This document shows positions 27,413-36,428 of a DNA stretch of 60,673 nucleotides, piece by piece (the first letter of the stretch is position 1; each line of letters starts with the position of its first letter). Source of the stretch: an uncultured bacterium (GTDB lineage Bacteria; Abyssobacteria; SURF-5). A program made the position numbers and the translations under genes. The DNA lies in NCBI GenBank assembly GCA_964607485.1, contig CAZSKP010000029.1:1-60673 (forward strand), in the 5' to 3' direction. A model generated the notes under the pieces. It was not told the DNA's origin. It worked only from the letters and a program-made list of their open reading frames with translations, and searched no databases.

Positions 27413-28207
27413 ATGACCGTCGATTACGTGAAGAAGGATAGGATCGCATACATCACGCTCAACCGGCCCGAGGCGCGCAATGCGCTCGACCCCGACACAC
27501 TCGAGGCTCTCGGCAGGACGTGGATCGATTTTCGCGACGACCCGTCCGTGTTGGTTGCGATAATCACCGGAGTCGGCAACTCGTTCTGCGCGGGCGCCGA
27601 CTTGGGCACCCTCATTCCGCGCATCACGAGCTCACCCGAGGGCCTGACCGGTCTCATAAAAGGCGAGATGGCCGACATCTTTCAGTCTGCCCTTCTTCGC
27701 GACATCGACATATGGAAGCCCATAGTGGCGGCGGTCAACGGCTACTGCATCGCCGGAGGGCTGGAGATGCTACTTGGCATGGACATCCGCATCGCCTCGG
27801 AGAGCGCCTTCTTCGCCATTCAGGAACCCAGATGGGGATTGTTCCCGGCGGGAGGCTCGACGGTCCGGCTTCCGCGCCAGGTGCCTTTCTGCAAGGCGAT
27901 GGAAATTCTCCTGACCGGCGAAAAAATAGACGCGCAAGAGGCGCGCCGCATCGGGCTTGTCAACTACGTCGTCCCCCAAGAAGAGCTGATGCCCACAGCC
28001 GAGAAGTTTGCGCGGCGCATAGCCGACAACGGCCCGCTGGCCGTGAGCGCTATAAAGAGGTCGGTCATCGAATCACTGAGCCTCTCGCTGCCGAAGGCGT
28101 ACGAGCGCGAGATAGAGCTCGCGACCCCCGTGTTCAAGTCGGAGGACGCCATCGAGGGCCCGATGGCGTTCATGCAGAAGCGCAAACCGGAATTCAAGGG
28201 CAAGTAG
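27413..28207 (+). CDS. Enoyl-CoA hydratase/isomerase (crotonase family)
   Basis: LNRPEARNAL, FCAGADL, KPIVAAVNGYCIAGGLE, KRKPEFKG. Confidence 0.95.
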   Translation: MTVDYVKKDRIAYITLNRPEARNALDPDTLEALGRTWIDFRDDPSVLVAIITGVGNSFCAGADLGTLIPRITSSPEGLTGLIKGEMADIFQSALLRDIDIWKPIVAAVNGYCIAGGLEMLLGMDIRIASESAFFAIQEPRWGLFPAGGSTVRLPRQVPFCKAMEILLTGEKIDAQEARRIGLVNYVVPQEELMPTAEKFARRIADNGPLAVSAIKRSVIESLSLSLPKAYEREIELATPVFKSEDAIEGPMAFMQKRKPEFKGK

Positions 28208-28303
28208 AGGGCGAAAAGCGAAGGGAGAAGGGGAAATGCAAGGCGAAAGGAGGTCCTCCTATTTCTTCGCGAATCATTGTGTCCTTCGTAAATGAATCCC
28301 TTC

Positions 28304-28338
28304 AACCCTGAACCCGAAACTCTCAACCGTAAACCTGA
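28304..28338. repeat. Degenerate 7-bp tandem repeats (x5)
   Basis: aaccctg aacccga aactctc aaccgta aacctga. Confidence 0.5.
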
Positions 28339-28355
28339 GCGGAGCGAGGACACGC

Positions 28356-28865
28356 ATGGAGTGGCGCAAAGAGATTGAGAGATTCGTGACAAAAAGAGGC
28401 GAAGGCGCCGCAGAGGGCGGTCCGCGCACGTACCTGGATGTCAAGGCGATGATCTGCCAGCCCGAGCTCCTCTATTCGATGGTGGCCGATATCGGCGACC
28501 TCATCCTCAGGAATCATCCTAATGTCAAGGCAATAGGCTCTCATGGCGTCGGCGGAAGCTTTCTCATCGGCCCCACGATGCTGTATGTGTACAACCATTG
28601 GTTCAATGTGAACGGTTTCTTTGTGCGTCTCGATGCCCGACAGAACGGTGAGCATCACCCCATAGAAGGACATCTGGAAAGGGGATGGCGGGTACTGATC
28701 GTTGACACTTTGATCAAGTCAGGCGACTCAAGCCTGAGGGCGCACGAACTGCTGCGGACTCACGGATGCGACCTCGACGGCATCATCGTCGTCGCCGACC
28801 TGAGTGGTGGCGACAATGCCTGCACGCGCGCCGGTATCAAGGTCGAGTCGTTGATAACGCTCTAG
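28356..28865 (+). CDS. Divergent type I phosphoribosyltransferase (PyrE-like fold)
   Basis: YLDVK, FFVR...IEG, RVLIVDTLIKSGDS (degenerate PRPP loop), GIKVESLITL. Confidence 0.7.
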   Translation: MEWRKEIERFVTKRGEGAAEGGPRTYLDVKAMICQPELLYSMVADIGDLILRNHPNVKAIGSHGVGGSFLIGPTMLYVYNHWFNVNGFFVRLDARQNGEHHPIEGHLERGWRVLIVDTLIKSGDSSLRAHELLRTHGCDLDGIIVVADLSGGDNACTRAGIKVESLITL

Positions 28866-28970
28866 AGTTTCTAAGCGAAGGAAGACGCAAAGCCTCCTCT
28901 CATCAAACCGACTGCGAAGGTCTCCAAAACGGTCTGACGTTCCCGCTTCAATTGTCTTTCTCCATGTCGG

Positions 28971-29660
28971 CTATGTCAATTGCTTCAGCCCTTCGCGGTC
29001 CAGGACCACGACGCGGCGGCCCTTGACGCGAATCAGGTCCATATCCTGAAATTTGCGGAGGTTGCGGGACACGATCTCGCGAACAGTGCCGATATGCGAC
29101 GCAATCTCCTGCTGGTTTTCGCTCAGACGCACAACGATTCCCTCGGGCGTCTGCCTGCCGCTCTCGTCGGCCAGCCTCAGCAGATACCCGGCCAGCCGCG
29201 AACCAACGTCCTTGAGCGATAGCTCCTCCAACTGGAGTGTGAACCTCCTGAGCCAGCGCGCGAAGTGGTGAAGGAGTCCGAATGCCACCTCCGGGTAAGC
29301 CCGCGTCACCTTCTCGAAGTCGCTTTTTCTTATCAACAGCAGTGAGCAATCCTCGACCGCCTGCGCGTTGGCCGGACACAGGCCGTTGTCGAACGTAGGT
29401 ACCTCGGCGAAGGTCTCGCCGCTTTTGAAGGTGTGCAGAATCTGTTCTCTTCCGCCGGGCGACATCTTGTATATCTTGACGCTTCCGCTCCGGACAAAAT
29501 AGAAGCCGTCGCAGCGGTCGTTCTCGAAAAAAATCATCTGGCCACGGGCGAACGTTTTCTCGCGGGCGGTTTTGGCGATTTCCCTGATGGGAGCGTCGCT
29601 GAGCTTCGAGAAGAAAGCGACTCCTCGCAGTTCTTTGGCTATTCCTGTCGTGTCTGACAT
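28971..29660 (-). CDS. Crp/Fnr-family regulator (HcpR/Dnr-like, no FNR Cys cluster)
   Basis: cNMP-binding fold (FYFVRSGSVKIYK, GETFAE); HTH QQEIASHIGTVREIVSR. Confidence 0.92.
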   Translation of the reverse strand: MSDTTGIAKELRGVAFFSKLSDAPIREIAKTAREKTFARGQMIFFENDRCDGFYFVRSGSVKIYKMSPGGREQILHTFKSGETFAEVPTFDNGLCPANAQAVEDCSLLLIRKSDFEKVTRAYPEVAFGLLHHFARWLRRFTLQLEELSLKDVGSRLAGYLLRLADESGRQTPEGIVVRLSENQQEIASHIGTVREIVSRNLRKFQDMDLIRVKGRRVVVLDREGLKQLT

Positions 29661-29680
29661 TCCGGGTTCGTCCCCCGCAC

Positions 29681-30562
29681 TCAGAATCCGCGGTGCAGTC
29701 CCTCCGCGGAAGCCATGTCACGCGCCTCAAGATACTCGGTGCGCGTGATGCTACGGTTCAGTAACGAATGCTCATACGCCTTGTACACCGGATGATACTG
29801 CGCCATCACGTTCACATACGAGTCTGTCGACAGCTCCCTCGCTATGAATCGCATGATTTCCTGCGTCCCCGCAAGCCCGTTGGGAAGCACAAGGTGCCGG
29901 ATAAGCATTCCCCGCACGGCTATGCCCCCGTGGTCGAGTTCCAAGTCTCCCACCTGCCGGTGCATCTCCTTCAGCGCAGCCTTCATTATATCCGGATAGC
30001 CGGGAGCGCGCGACAGTTCCATGGCGATCTTCTCGCCGGCATACTTGGCGTCGGGCATGTAGATGTCCACTAGGCCGTCGAGCAGTTTGAGCGTCTCGAG
30101 CGAGTCGTATCCGCCGCAATTGTACACCAGGGGAATCTTCAACCCACGTTCGTATGCGATTCGAAGCGCTTCGAGTATCTGGGCGACAACATGCGAGGGC
30201 GACACAAAATTGATGTTGTGACAACCTCTCTGCTGCAGTTCGAGCATCAGGTCGGCAAGCTGGCTGGCCGTCGCCGGACTCCCTTGTAGCAGATGACTGA
30301 TGTCGTAGTTCTGGCAGAAGATGCACCCCAGGTTGCATCCCGCAAAGAAGATCGTGCCCGACCCGCGAGTTCCCACCAGAGGCGGCTCCTCCCCGAAATG
30401 CGGGCCGTAGCTCGACACGAGTGCATGTCGCCCGGTCCGACAGAAGCCGAGCTCGCTCTCGATGCGGTTGACACCGCAACTGCGGGGACAGATGTCGCAG
30501 CTCTCGAGCCGCTCCAACACCCTTTCCACCCGCTCGGCCAATTGTTGCTCCGACAGACTCAT
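29681..30562 (-). CDS. PflX-like radical SAM protein
   Basis: [49 protein letters not shown]; start at MSLSEQ. Confidence 0.92.
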   Translation of the reverse strand: MSLSEQQLAERVERVLERLESCDICPRSCGVNRIESELGFCRTGRHALVSSYGPHFGEEPPLVGTRGSGTIFFAGCNLGCIFCQNYDISHLLQGSPATASQLADLMLELQQRGCHNINFVSPSHVVAQILEALRIAYERGLKIPLVYNCGGYDSLETLKLLDGLVDIYMPDAKYAGEKIAMELSRAPGYPDIMKAALKEMHRQVGDLELDHGGIAVRGMLIRHLVLPNGLAGTQEIMRFIARELSTDSYVNVMAQYHPVYKAYEHSLLNRSITRTEYLEARDMASAEGLHRGF

Positions 30563-31188
30563 TCCGCTTCGGATGGTTCCTCGCTCACAGTCACTTTGTT
30601 CATAACTACTTTTTTCAAAGGCCGATCGTTCTTGTCGGTCGGCGTCCGGCCAATGGCCTGCACCACATCCATCCCCTCGATGACCTGGCCGAAGACCGTG
30701 TATTGCTTGTCGAGATGGGGGGCGGGTGCTAGGCATATGTAGAACTGGCTGCCGGCGCTGTCGGGATGACCCGAACGCGCCATCGCCACGGTCCCCGCAA
30801 CGTGCTTCCGGCTGTTGAACTCGGCCTTTATTGTGTACCCCGGACCGCCGGTTCCGGTGCCGGTAGGATCTCCTCCCTGAATCACAAAGCCGGGCACAAC
30901 CCGATGGAAAATGGTGCCGTCATAGAAACCCTTCTTTGCCAGCTTCACGAAATTCTCCACCGTGCCCGGAGCGTCCTTTGGAAAAAGCTCAAACGAGAAG
31001 GTCCCCATGTTCGTCTCGACCGTGGCGACGAGCTTCTTTCCCCCCTCCGGCTGGGCGACTGCCTCGGCGGAAAAGTCGCGCGCGGGCGGAGGCGCCGGTC
31101 CTCTGCCTTGGCGATAGTATTTGTTGAAAAGCAACAAGAGGGTAAGAATCCCCACGACACAGACAATCGTAATCAATTTGTCACGCAT
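30559..31188 (-). CDS. Cyclophilin-type peptidyl-prolyl isomerase with N-terminal membrane anchor
   Basis: [49 protein letters not shown]; start MRDKLI after GGAG. Confidence 0.94.
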   Translation of the reverse strand: MRDKLITIVCVVGILTLLLLFNKYYRQGRGPAPPPARDFSAEAVAQPEGGKKLVATVETNMGTFSFELFPKDAPGTVENFVKLAKKGFYDGTIFHRVVPGFVIQGGDPTGTGTGGPGYTIKAEFNSRKHVAGTVAMARSGHPDSAGSQFYICLAPAPHLDKQYTVFGQVIEGMDVVQAIGRTPTDKNDRPLKKVVMNKVTVSEEPSEAE

Positions 31189-31267
31189 AGTCACTCCTCC
31201 CGCGTAGCGGTTTCCATAAGAGACTCTAACTCCTCGTTCTCGGCTTGCCCAGGCCAGGACGGCTTCC

Positions 31268-32209
31268 CTACAGAAACCGCTCACGGACGGCCTCTGGAAG
31301 CACAGGGATAATTTTCTCGGCGGCCTCAGGCGCCCCATCGACTTGGCCGAGTTCGACCCAATTCACTTTCTCCTTCCGAAACCATGTCATCTGTCTCTTT
31401 GCGTATCGGCGCGAGTTGCGCTTCACGAGACGAATTGCCTCGTCCAGCTCGTACTGGCCCTCCAGATGATTTATCACCTCCATATATCCCAGTGGCCTCA
31501 GATGCTTGAGGTCGTCGGCATGGCCCTTCTCGCATAGCCGCCGCACCTCATCCACCAGGCCGCGCGCAAACATCTCGTCAACCCGCCGGTCAATCCTGTG
31601 ATGGAGATCTTCGCGCGAGCGTGCAAGGCCGACCATGAACGCCTCGCGGGGTCTTCGCTCGGTCCGGTGACGTTCGTGCCACGCCGAGAAGGGAGAACCC
31701 GTGAGTTCGAAGACCTCAAGCGCGCGCACAATTCTCCTGAGATCGGTGGGTGTAGCCACGCGAGCATACGCGGGGTCCACGCCGACGAGTCTTTCGTATA
31801 GGGCGCGGACGCCCTCTTCCTCGGCCTCCCGTTTCAACCGTTTTCTGATGGAAGCAGAGGCGGGCGGCGAGGGGAAAATGCCGTTGATGAGAATTCTGAT
31901 ATAGAGGCCCGAGCCGCCCACGACGACGGGAAGCCTCCCTTCGGCGAGCAGTCGGTCGACGACCTCGCCCGCCTCGCGCTCGTATCTGGCCGCGCTGTAT
32001 CCCTCCGTCGGCTCGACGATGTCTATCATGTGGTGCGGCACGCGGCTCCGCAGTTCCGCAGAGACCTTGTCGGTTCCAATGTCGAGCCCCCGATATATCT
32101 GCATCGAGTCGGCCGAGATTATCTCACTTCCCAGCATCTCCGCCAACAGCGCTCCGACGCTCGACTTGCCCGCCGCGGTTGGACCACAGATCACAAGGAG
32201 CTCCGGCAT
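31268..32209 (-). CDS. miaA: tRNA dimethylallyltransferase
   Basis: [33 protein letters not shown]. Confidence 0.97.
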   Translation of the reverse strand: MPELLVICGPTAAGKSSVGALLAEMLGSEIISADSMQIYRGLDIGTDKVSAELRSRVPHHMIDIVEPTEGYSAARYEREAGEVVDRLLAEGRLPVVVGGSGLYIRILINGIFPSPPASASIRKRLKREAEEEGVRALYERLVGVDPAYARVATPTDLRRIVRALEVFELTGSPFSAWHERHRTERRPREAFMVGLARSREDLHHRIDRRVDEMFARGLVDEVRRLCEKGHADDLKHLRPLGYMEVINHLEGQYELDEAIRLVKRNSRRYAKRQMTWFRKEKVNWVELGQVDGAPEAAEKIIPVLPEAVRERFL

Positions 32210-32215
32210 CGCGCG

Positions 32216-33994
32216 TCAGCCTCCACGCCCGAACGCGCGCGCAATCTGCGACCCGCTGAGTCTCAGCACCAGCGGCCTGCCGTGCAGGCAGGTAGGCGGC
32301 TGCGCAAGATTCTTCAGTCCTTCCAAGAGCATCTCGGCCTCGCTTCCGGTGAGCGGGTCGCCGGCTTTGATCGAGTTCTTGCAGGCGGAGATGGTCATCA
32401 GCCGATGAAGTATTTCGCGTGGCGCCTTCAACTTCAGGCCGAGATAGAGCTCATCGACTCCTTCGCGCACGGTCTCGCAGACGCGACTTTCGCTGTGCGC
32501 ACGTGTGAGCGCCGTGACTGCAAAAGTCCTCGGGCCGAACGGTTCGATCTCGACGCCAACCTGTGAAAACAGGTCTAGGTGCGCCGCAAGTATTTCAGCC
32601 CTGTCGGGCGGAAGCTCGATTGTGATGGGTATGAGCATCTGCTGGGTCGTCGGGCCGGAGCGGCTGCTCTGTCGGACGAGTTGGTCATAGAGGATTCTTT
32701 CGTGGAGCGCATGCTGGTCGATTATCAGCAGGTCGTCGCCCTCAACGCAGAGAAGATACGAGTTGAATATCTGCTTCACGAAGTGGACGTTTGGAGATAC
32801 CGCGGAGAAATCGGCGGTCGGCCGGGTAATTGGCAGAACCGGTTGCGGCCCGGTCCGTTCGCCTTCTTCCAACGCGGGCAGCACCGACGCCAGGTTGGTG
32901 TCGTCGAACTGAATGCTCTGGAAAAGAGGTTCCTCATCCGGTGGAATCTCAGCGGCGGTCCTCGACGGTTCGCTGGGGGGCACGCTTGTTCTCACTCGCT
33001 CTGGGCCTTGGCGACCGAGCGCCGCCTTGATCGCTTCTCGGAGTTTCTCAAAGACTCTGTCCGGGTCGGCGAAACGCACCTCGCGCTTAGTCGGATGAAT
33101 GTTGACGTCCACCAGGCCGGGGTCGATCTCGATAAAAACGAAGGCCACGGGGAACCGGTGTGTCATAACGACTCCGCGATATGCGTCGGCCAGCGCTTTG
33201 CCAAGCAAGCGGTTCGTGATGGGCCTGCGGTTCAGGAAAAAAAATTGGTGGTCGCGGCTGGAACGCGTGAGAGCGGGCGTTCCGAAGTAACCCGACACCT
33301 CCAGACCCTCACGGCCCGACGAGGCGTGCCTGAGCTCTTGCACAAATCCGTTCCCCCACACGAGCGCGAGCCTGTCGGCTGTCGAGCCCGCGGGCGGCAG
33401 GTTGAGCGTCTCGCGTCCGCCGCTCGTCAAGCGGAAGTTGATGTGAGGATGCGCCAGCGCCTGTCTCTGGAGCATGTTGGTGACGTGGCCGAGTTCCGTA
33501 GCGGCCGACTTCATGAATTTTTGCCGAGCCGGCGTGTTGAAAAACAAGTGCCGAACCGTTATCTGAGTTCCCGTCGGCGCTCCCATTTCGCCCACGCTCC
33601 GAATGACACCGCCCTCCACCGCTACTCGCGTGCCCGAAATGTCCTCGCGCGTACGCGTCACTATCTCCATCTTCGAGACGGCCGCGATGCTCGGGATCGC
33701 CTCACCCCGAAACCCGAAGGTCGCTATCGCATCCAGGTCGGACGCGCTGGATATCTTGCTTGTCGCGTGACGTTCGAGGCACAGAAGCGCATCGTCGTAC
33801 GACATGCCGCATCCGTCGTCGGAGACACGCACCAGCCTCTTCCCTCCGGCCTGCAGTTCGACGTATATCCTGCCGGCTGAGGCGTCGATGGAGTTCTCTA
33901 CAAGCTCCTTTACGACCGACGAGGGCCTCTCGATCACTTCACCGGCGGCAATCTTGTTGGCCGTTTCCTCTGTCAGTATGTTTATCTTCGGCAT
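32216..33994 (-). CDS. mutL: DNA mismatch repair protein MutL (endonuclease type)
   Basis: KIAAGEVIERP, GFRGEA, DQHALHER, ACK, CLHGRP; start at MPKINIL. Confidence 0.97.
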   Translation of the reverse strand: MPKINILTEETANKIAAGEVIERPSSVVKELVENSIDASAGRIYVELQAGGKRLVRVSDDGCGMSYDDALLCLERHATSKISSASDLDAIATFGFRGEAIPSIAAVSKMEIVTRTREDISGTRVAVEGGVIRSVGEMGAPTGTQITVRHLFFNTPARQKFMKSAATELGHVTNMLQRQALAHPHINFRLTSGGRETLNLPPAGSTADRLALVWGNGFVQELRHASSGREGLEVSGYFGTPALTRSSRDHQFFFLNRRPITNRLLGKALADAYRGVVMTHRFPVAFVFIEIDPGLVDVNIHPTKREVRFADPDRVFEKLREAIKAALGRQGPERVRTSVPPSEPSRTAAEIPPDEEPLFQSIQFDDTNLASVLPALEEGERTGPQPVLPITRPTADFSAVSPNVHFVKQIFNSYLLCVEGDDLLIIDQHALHERILYDQLVRQSSRSGPTTQQMLIPITIELPPDRAEILAAHLDLFSQVGVEIEPFGPRTFAVTALTRAHSESRVCETVREGVDELYLGLKLKAPREILHRLMTISACKNSIKAGDPLTGSEAEMLLEGLKNLAQPPTCLHGRPLVLRLSGSQIARAFGRGG

Positions 33995-34206
33995 GGGTCT
34001 TTCGGATGGATTTGAGATGGGCTCTGTTGAAAATATATTAGCACAGCCGGAAGGAGCATTCAAGGAAGACGGGCTCGGTGGTTATTCGAACGATCGCGAA
34101 AAATTTTTCTCACCGAAGATGGGCAACTTCCGCAGGATTGAACGTCTCGGTTAGCTTCTTCCACTGGCGGGAATCTGTGAAGGGCACTTGGGGCCAGTGG
34201 ATGAGG

Positions 34207-34332
34207 CTACTTCTTTTTTTTCTTCGCGGGTTTCTTCTTCTTTTTCTTCGTAGTCTTTTTCGCGGCTTTCTTTTTCGCGGGTTTCTTCTTCGCGGCTTTC
34301 TTCTTCTTTGCCGCCTTTTTCTTTACGGCCAT
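34207..34332 (-). CDS. 41-aa lysine-rich histone H1-like basic protein
   Basis: Below the ORF-track cutoff. Translates as MAVKKKAAKKKKAAKKKPAKKKAAKKTTKKKKKKPAKKKKK*; GGAGG SD; consensus promoter upstream. Confidence 0.8.
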   Translation of the reverse strand: MAVKKKAAKKKKAAKKKPAKKKAAKKTTKKKKKKPAKKKKK

Positions 34333-34418
34333 ATACGTTCCTCCCCATGGCAGTTACAGATTGAAGATTAACGGGATCATGGGTCAATGGATCTCACTGG
34401 CCCCAAGTGTCACAAAAA

Positions 34419-34447
34419 ATTATACCACGATATATAGTAGTTGTCAA
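34419..34447 (-). promoter_or_regulatory. Consensus sigma70 promoter of the lysine-rich gene
   Basis: Minus strand TTGACA-N17-TATAAT with TG extension. Confidence 0.9.
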
Positions 34448-34472
34448 GTGGTGGAGCCACATTATCTAGGAA
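34425..34472. promoter_or_regulatory. Tandem NrdR-box-like sites
   Basis: ccaCgATATATAGTag (34425-34440) and ccaCAtTATcTAGgaa (34457-34472), starts 32 bp apart, compared with consensus acaCwAtATaTwGtg. Confidence 0.5.
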
Positions 34473-34643
34473 AAAGTTTTTCCCTCGACCGATGACATCC
34501 GACTCGACCCAAATTCTTGAGAAGAAGAAATCCGTCTCGAATGGGATCCTGTCATTTTACAAATCGACAACGGCATGGCTATAATTGGGACGACTTCTTG
34601 TGACAGCGGTTGATAACGATAGCAAGCTATACGGGGGTAGAAG

Positions 34644-36014
34644 GTGATTCGCTTCTTCAGGAAATCTTTCAAAAAGCTGGTCGGGCCTGTCGTATTCCTC
34701 GGCGTGGTTGGAGCGGTGCTGAGCGCCGAAGGTGAAGGCGCGACGCCTTCGGGACAATTAGACGAGGCCAAGCGCGCGCTCCGCTCCGAGCAATCGGACC
34801 AGACGCAGGAGTGCATCAGGTGTCACGAGGAAAGCAAGGTCGCGCCCGTGATCGTCAGCCAGTGGCAGCAGAGCGCACACGCCGAAAGCGGCGTTGGTTG
34901 TTACGAATGCCACAGGGCCGAACCGAATGATGTGGACGCGTTCGAGCATTACGGCGCCACGATATCGATAATCGTTTCGCCGAAGGATTGCGCGTTGTGT
35001 CACGAGCAGCAGGTCGAAGAGTTCGATGGCAGCCACCATGCAAGGGGCGGGCAGATACTGGGTTCGCTCGACAACGTACTCGGTGAGGTTGTGGAGGGTG
35101 TGCCCGCAGCGAACGCTGGCTGCAAACAGTGTCACGGTTCAGAGGTGAAGGTGAGCGACAAGGGAAAGCTCGACCCGACGACGTGGCCCAACACCGGCAT
35201 CGGCAGATTGAATCCCGACGGAAGCAAGGGTTCCTGCACCGCGTGTCACTCACGCCATGCCTTTTCTCCGATGCTTGCGCGCCAGCCCGAAAGCTGCGGA
35301 AAATGTCACCTCGGCCCCGACCATCCTCAGTATGAAATATACACCGAGTCAAAGCACGGCATCGCCTTCCGCGCCTTCATCCACAGGATGAACCTTTCGA
35401 GCGACAGCTGGGTTCTCGGCATAGACTACGACGCCGCGCCCACGTGCGCAACGTGTCACATGAGCGCGGCCAGAGGCCTTCAGCTCACGCACGACATCGG
35501 AACGCGCATCAGCTGGACTCTGCGGCCGGAGGTGTCCATCAAGCTCGACAACTGGGAACAACGCCGCGAGAACATGAAGACCGTTTGCCGGAACTGTCAT
35601 ACCCCGGACTACGTCGATGGATTCTACAAGCAGTTCGACGACGTGGTTGAGCTGTACAACGAAAAGTTTGCAAAGCCCGCCCAGGCTATAATGAAAAAAC
35701 TGAGGGAAGCGGGCAAGATCAACGCGACACCGTTCGATGAAAAGATAGACTGGACGTACTTCTTCCTCTGGCATCACGAAGGACGGCGCGCGCGGCACGG
35801 AGCATCGATGATGGGTCCCGACTACACTCAATGGCACGGATTCTATGAGGTGGCACACAGGTTCTACATAGAGTTCATCCCCGAGGCCGAACGCCTGATG
35901 CCCGGCGTGAGCGAGGAATACATGGCGAACGATTTCCACAAGTGGACCAAGGGAATGACCGCCGAGCAACGGGAGCAAATCAGAAAGTTCTATCGGGACC
36001 GGTACGGGCAATGA
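34644..36014 (+). CDS. Octaheme cytochrome c, hydroxylamine oxidoreductase (HAO) family
   Basis: Eight CxxCH (CIRCH, CYECH, CALCH, CKQCH, CTACH, CGKCH, CATCH, CRNCH); N-terminal signal-like segment; HLGPDHPQ and HEGRRARHGA..GPDY.QWHG motifs. Confidence 0.88.
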   Translation: MIRFFRKSFKKLVGPVVFLGVVGAVLSAEGEGATPSGQLDEAKRALRSEQSDQTQECIRCHEESKVAPVIVSQWQQSAHAESGVGCYECHRAEPNDVDAFEHYGATISIIVSPKDCALCHEQQVEEFDGSHHARGGQILGSLDNVLGEVVEGVPAANAGCKQCHGSEVKVSDKGKLDPTTWPNTGIGRLNPDGSKGSCTACHSRHAFSPMLARQPESCGKCHLGPDHPQYEIYTESKHGIAFRAFIHRMNLSSDSWVLGIDYDAAPTCATCHMSAARGLQLTHDIGTRISWTLRPEVSIKLDNWEQRRENMKTVCRNCHTPDYVDGFYKQFDDVVELYNEKFAKPAQAIMKKLREAGKINATPFDEKIDWTYFFLWHHEGRRARHGASMMGPDYTQWHGFYEVAHRFYIEFIPEAERLMPGVSEEYMANDFHKWTKGMTAEQREQIRKFYRDRYGQ

Positions 36015-36018
36015 AGGT

Positions 36019-36042
36019 GGGCGGTTGGTCCCGCTCTTTTTT
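36019..36042 (+). terminator. Intrinsic terminator after the HAO-like gene
   Basis: gggcgg-ttggtc-ccgctc followed by six T. Confidence 0.7.
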
Positions 36043-36428
36043 CAACAAGTCAAAGTGAAGGGAAGCGACACAGGGGTGAAACTGGGCGAAGTGCAACACA
36101 TCGCAATCGGATTTCCTTCCATACACACGTAGTCGTATCCTGTCTCTGATCAGAAAGAGAGCGGGCCCCACGGTGGACCCGCCCCAGCCGGAAGAGGAGT
36201 AAGAAGGGGAACCTTTCTTGTGTTCACTCCTTTCTTCCCGGCTTCCTTGTCAGATTTTGATTCTGCCTCACGGCTTCGCAATCCTCTTCCATACTAACGA
36301 AAGACTCAGGAGAAAGTTTTGTCCGCCGCATGGCGAAACCGAAATCTTTTCGCGGTCGGCGATGTGATATACTATCCGAATCAAGATTCGTGCCGTGACT
36401 ATCCCAACCAGACAGAGTCGTTAGAAGC

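Noticed and set aside
28880-28900. GACGCAAAGCCTCC resembling part of a c-di-GMP-I riboswitch
   Set aside because: The upstream GGCAAAC/GNRA stem is missing, and the site lies between convergent genes rather than in a leader.
34151-34387. 78-aa E/K-rich ORF from the track
   Set aside because: Alternative frame of the same low-complexity DNA; the SD and promoter fit the 41-aa Lys-rich frame.
34597-34616. Possible Crp/HcpR site TTGTGA upstream of the HAO-like gene
   Set aside because: Only a half-site; the second half is not TCACA.
36277-36292. sigma54-like TGGAAGAGGATTGC (minus strand); also near-matches at about 25309 and 56492
   Set aside because: GG-to-GC spacing is off by one, or the -12 GC is missing.
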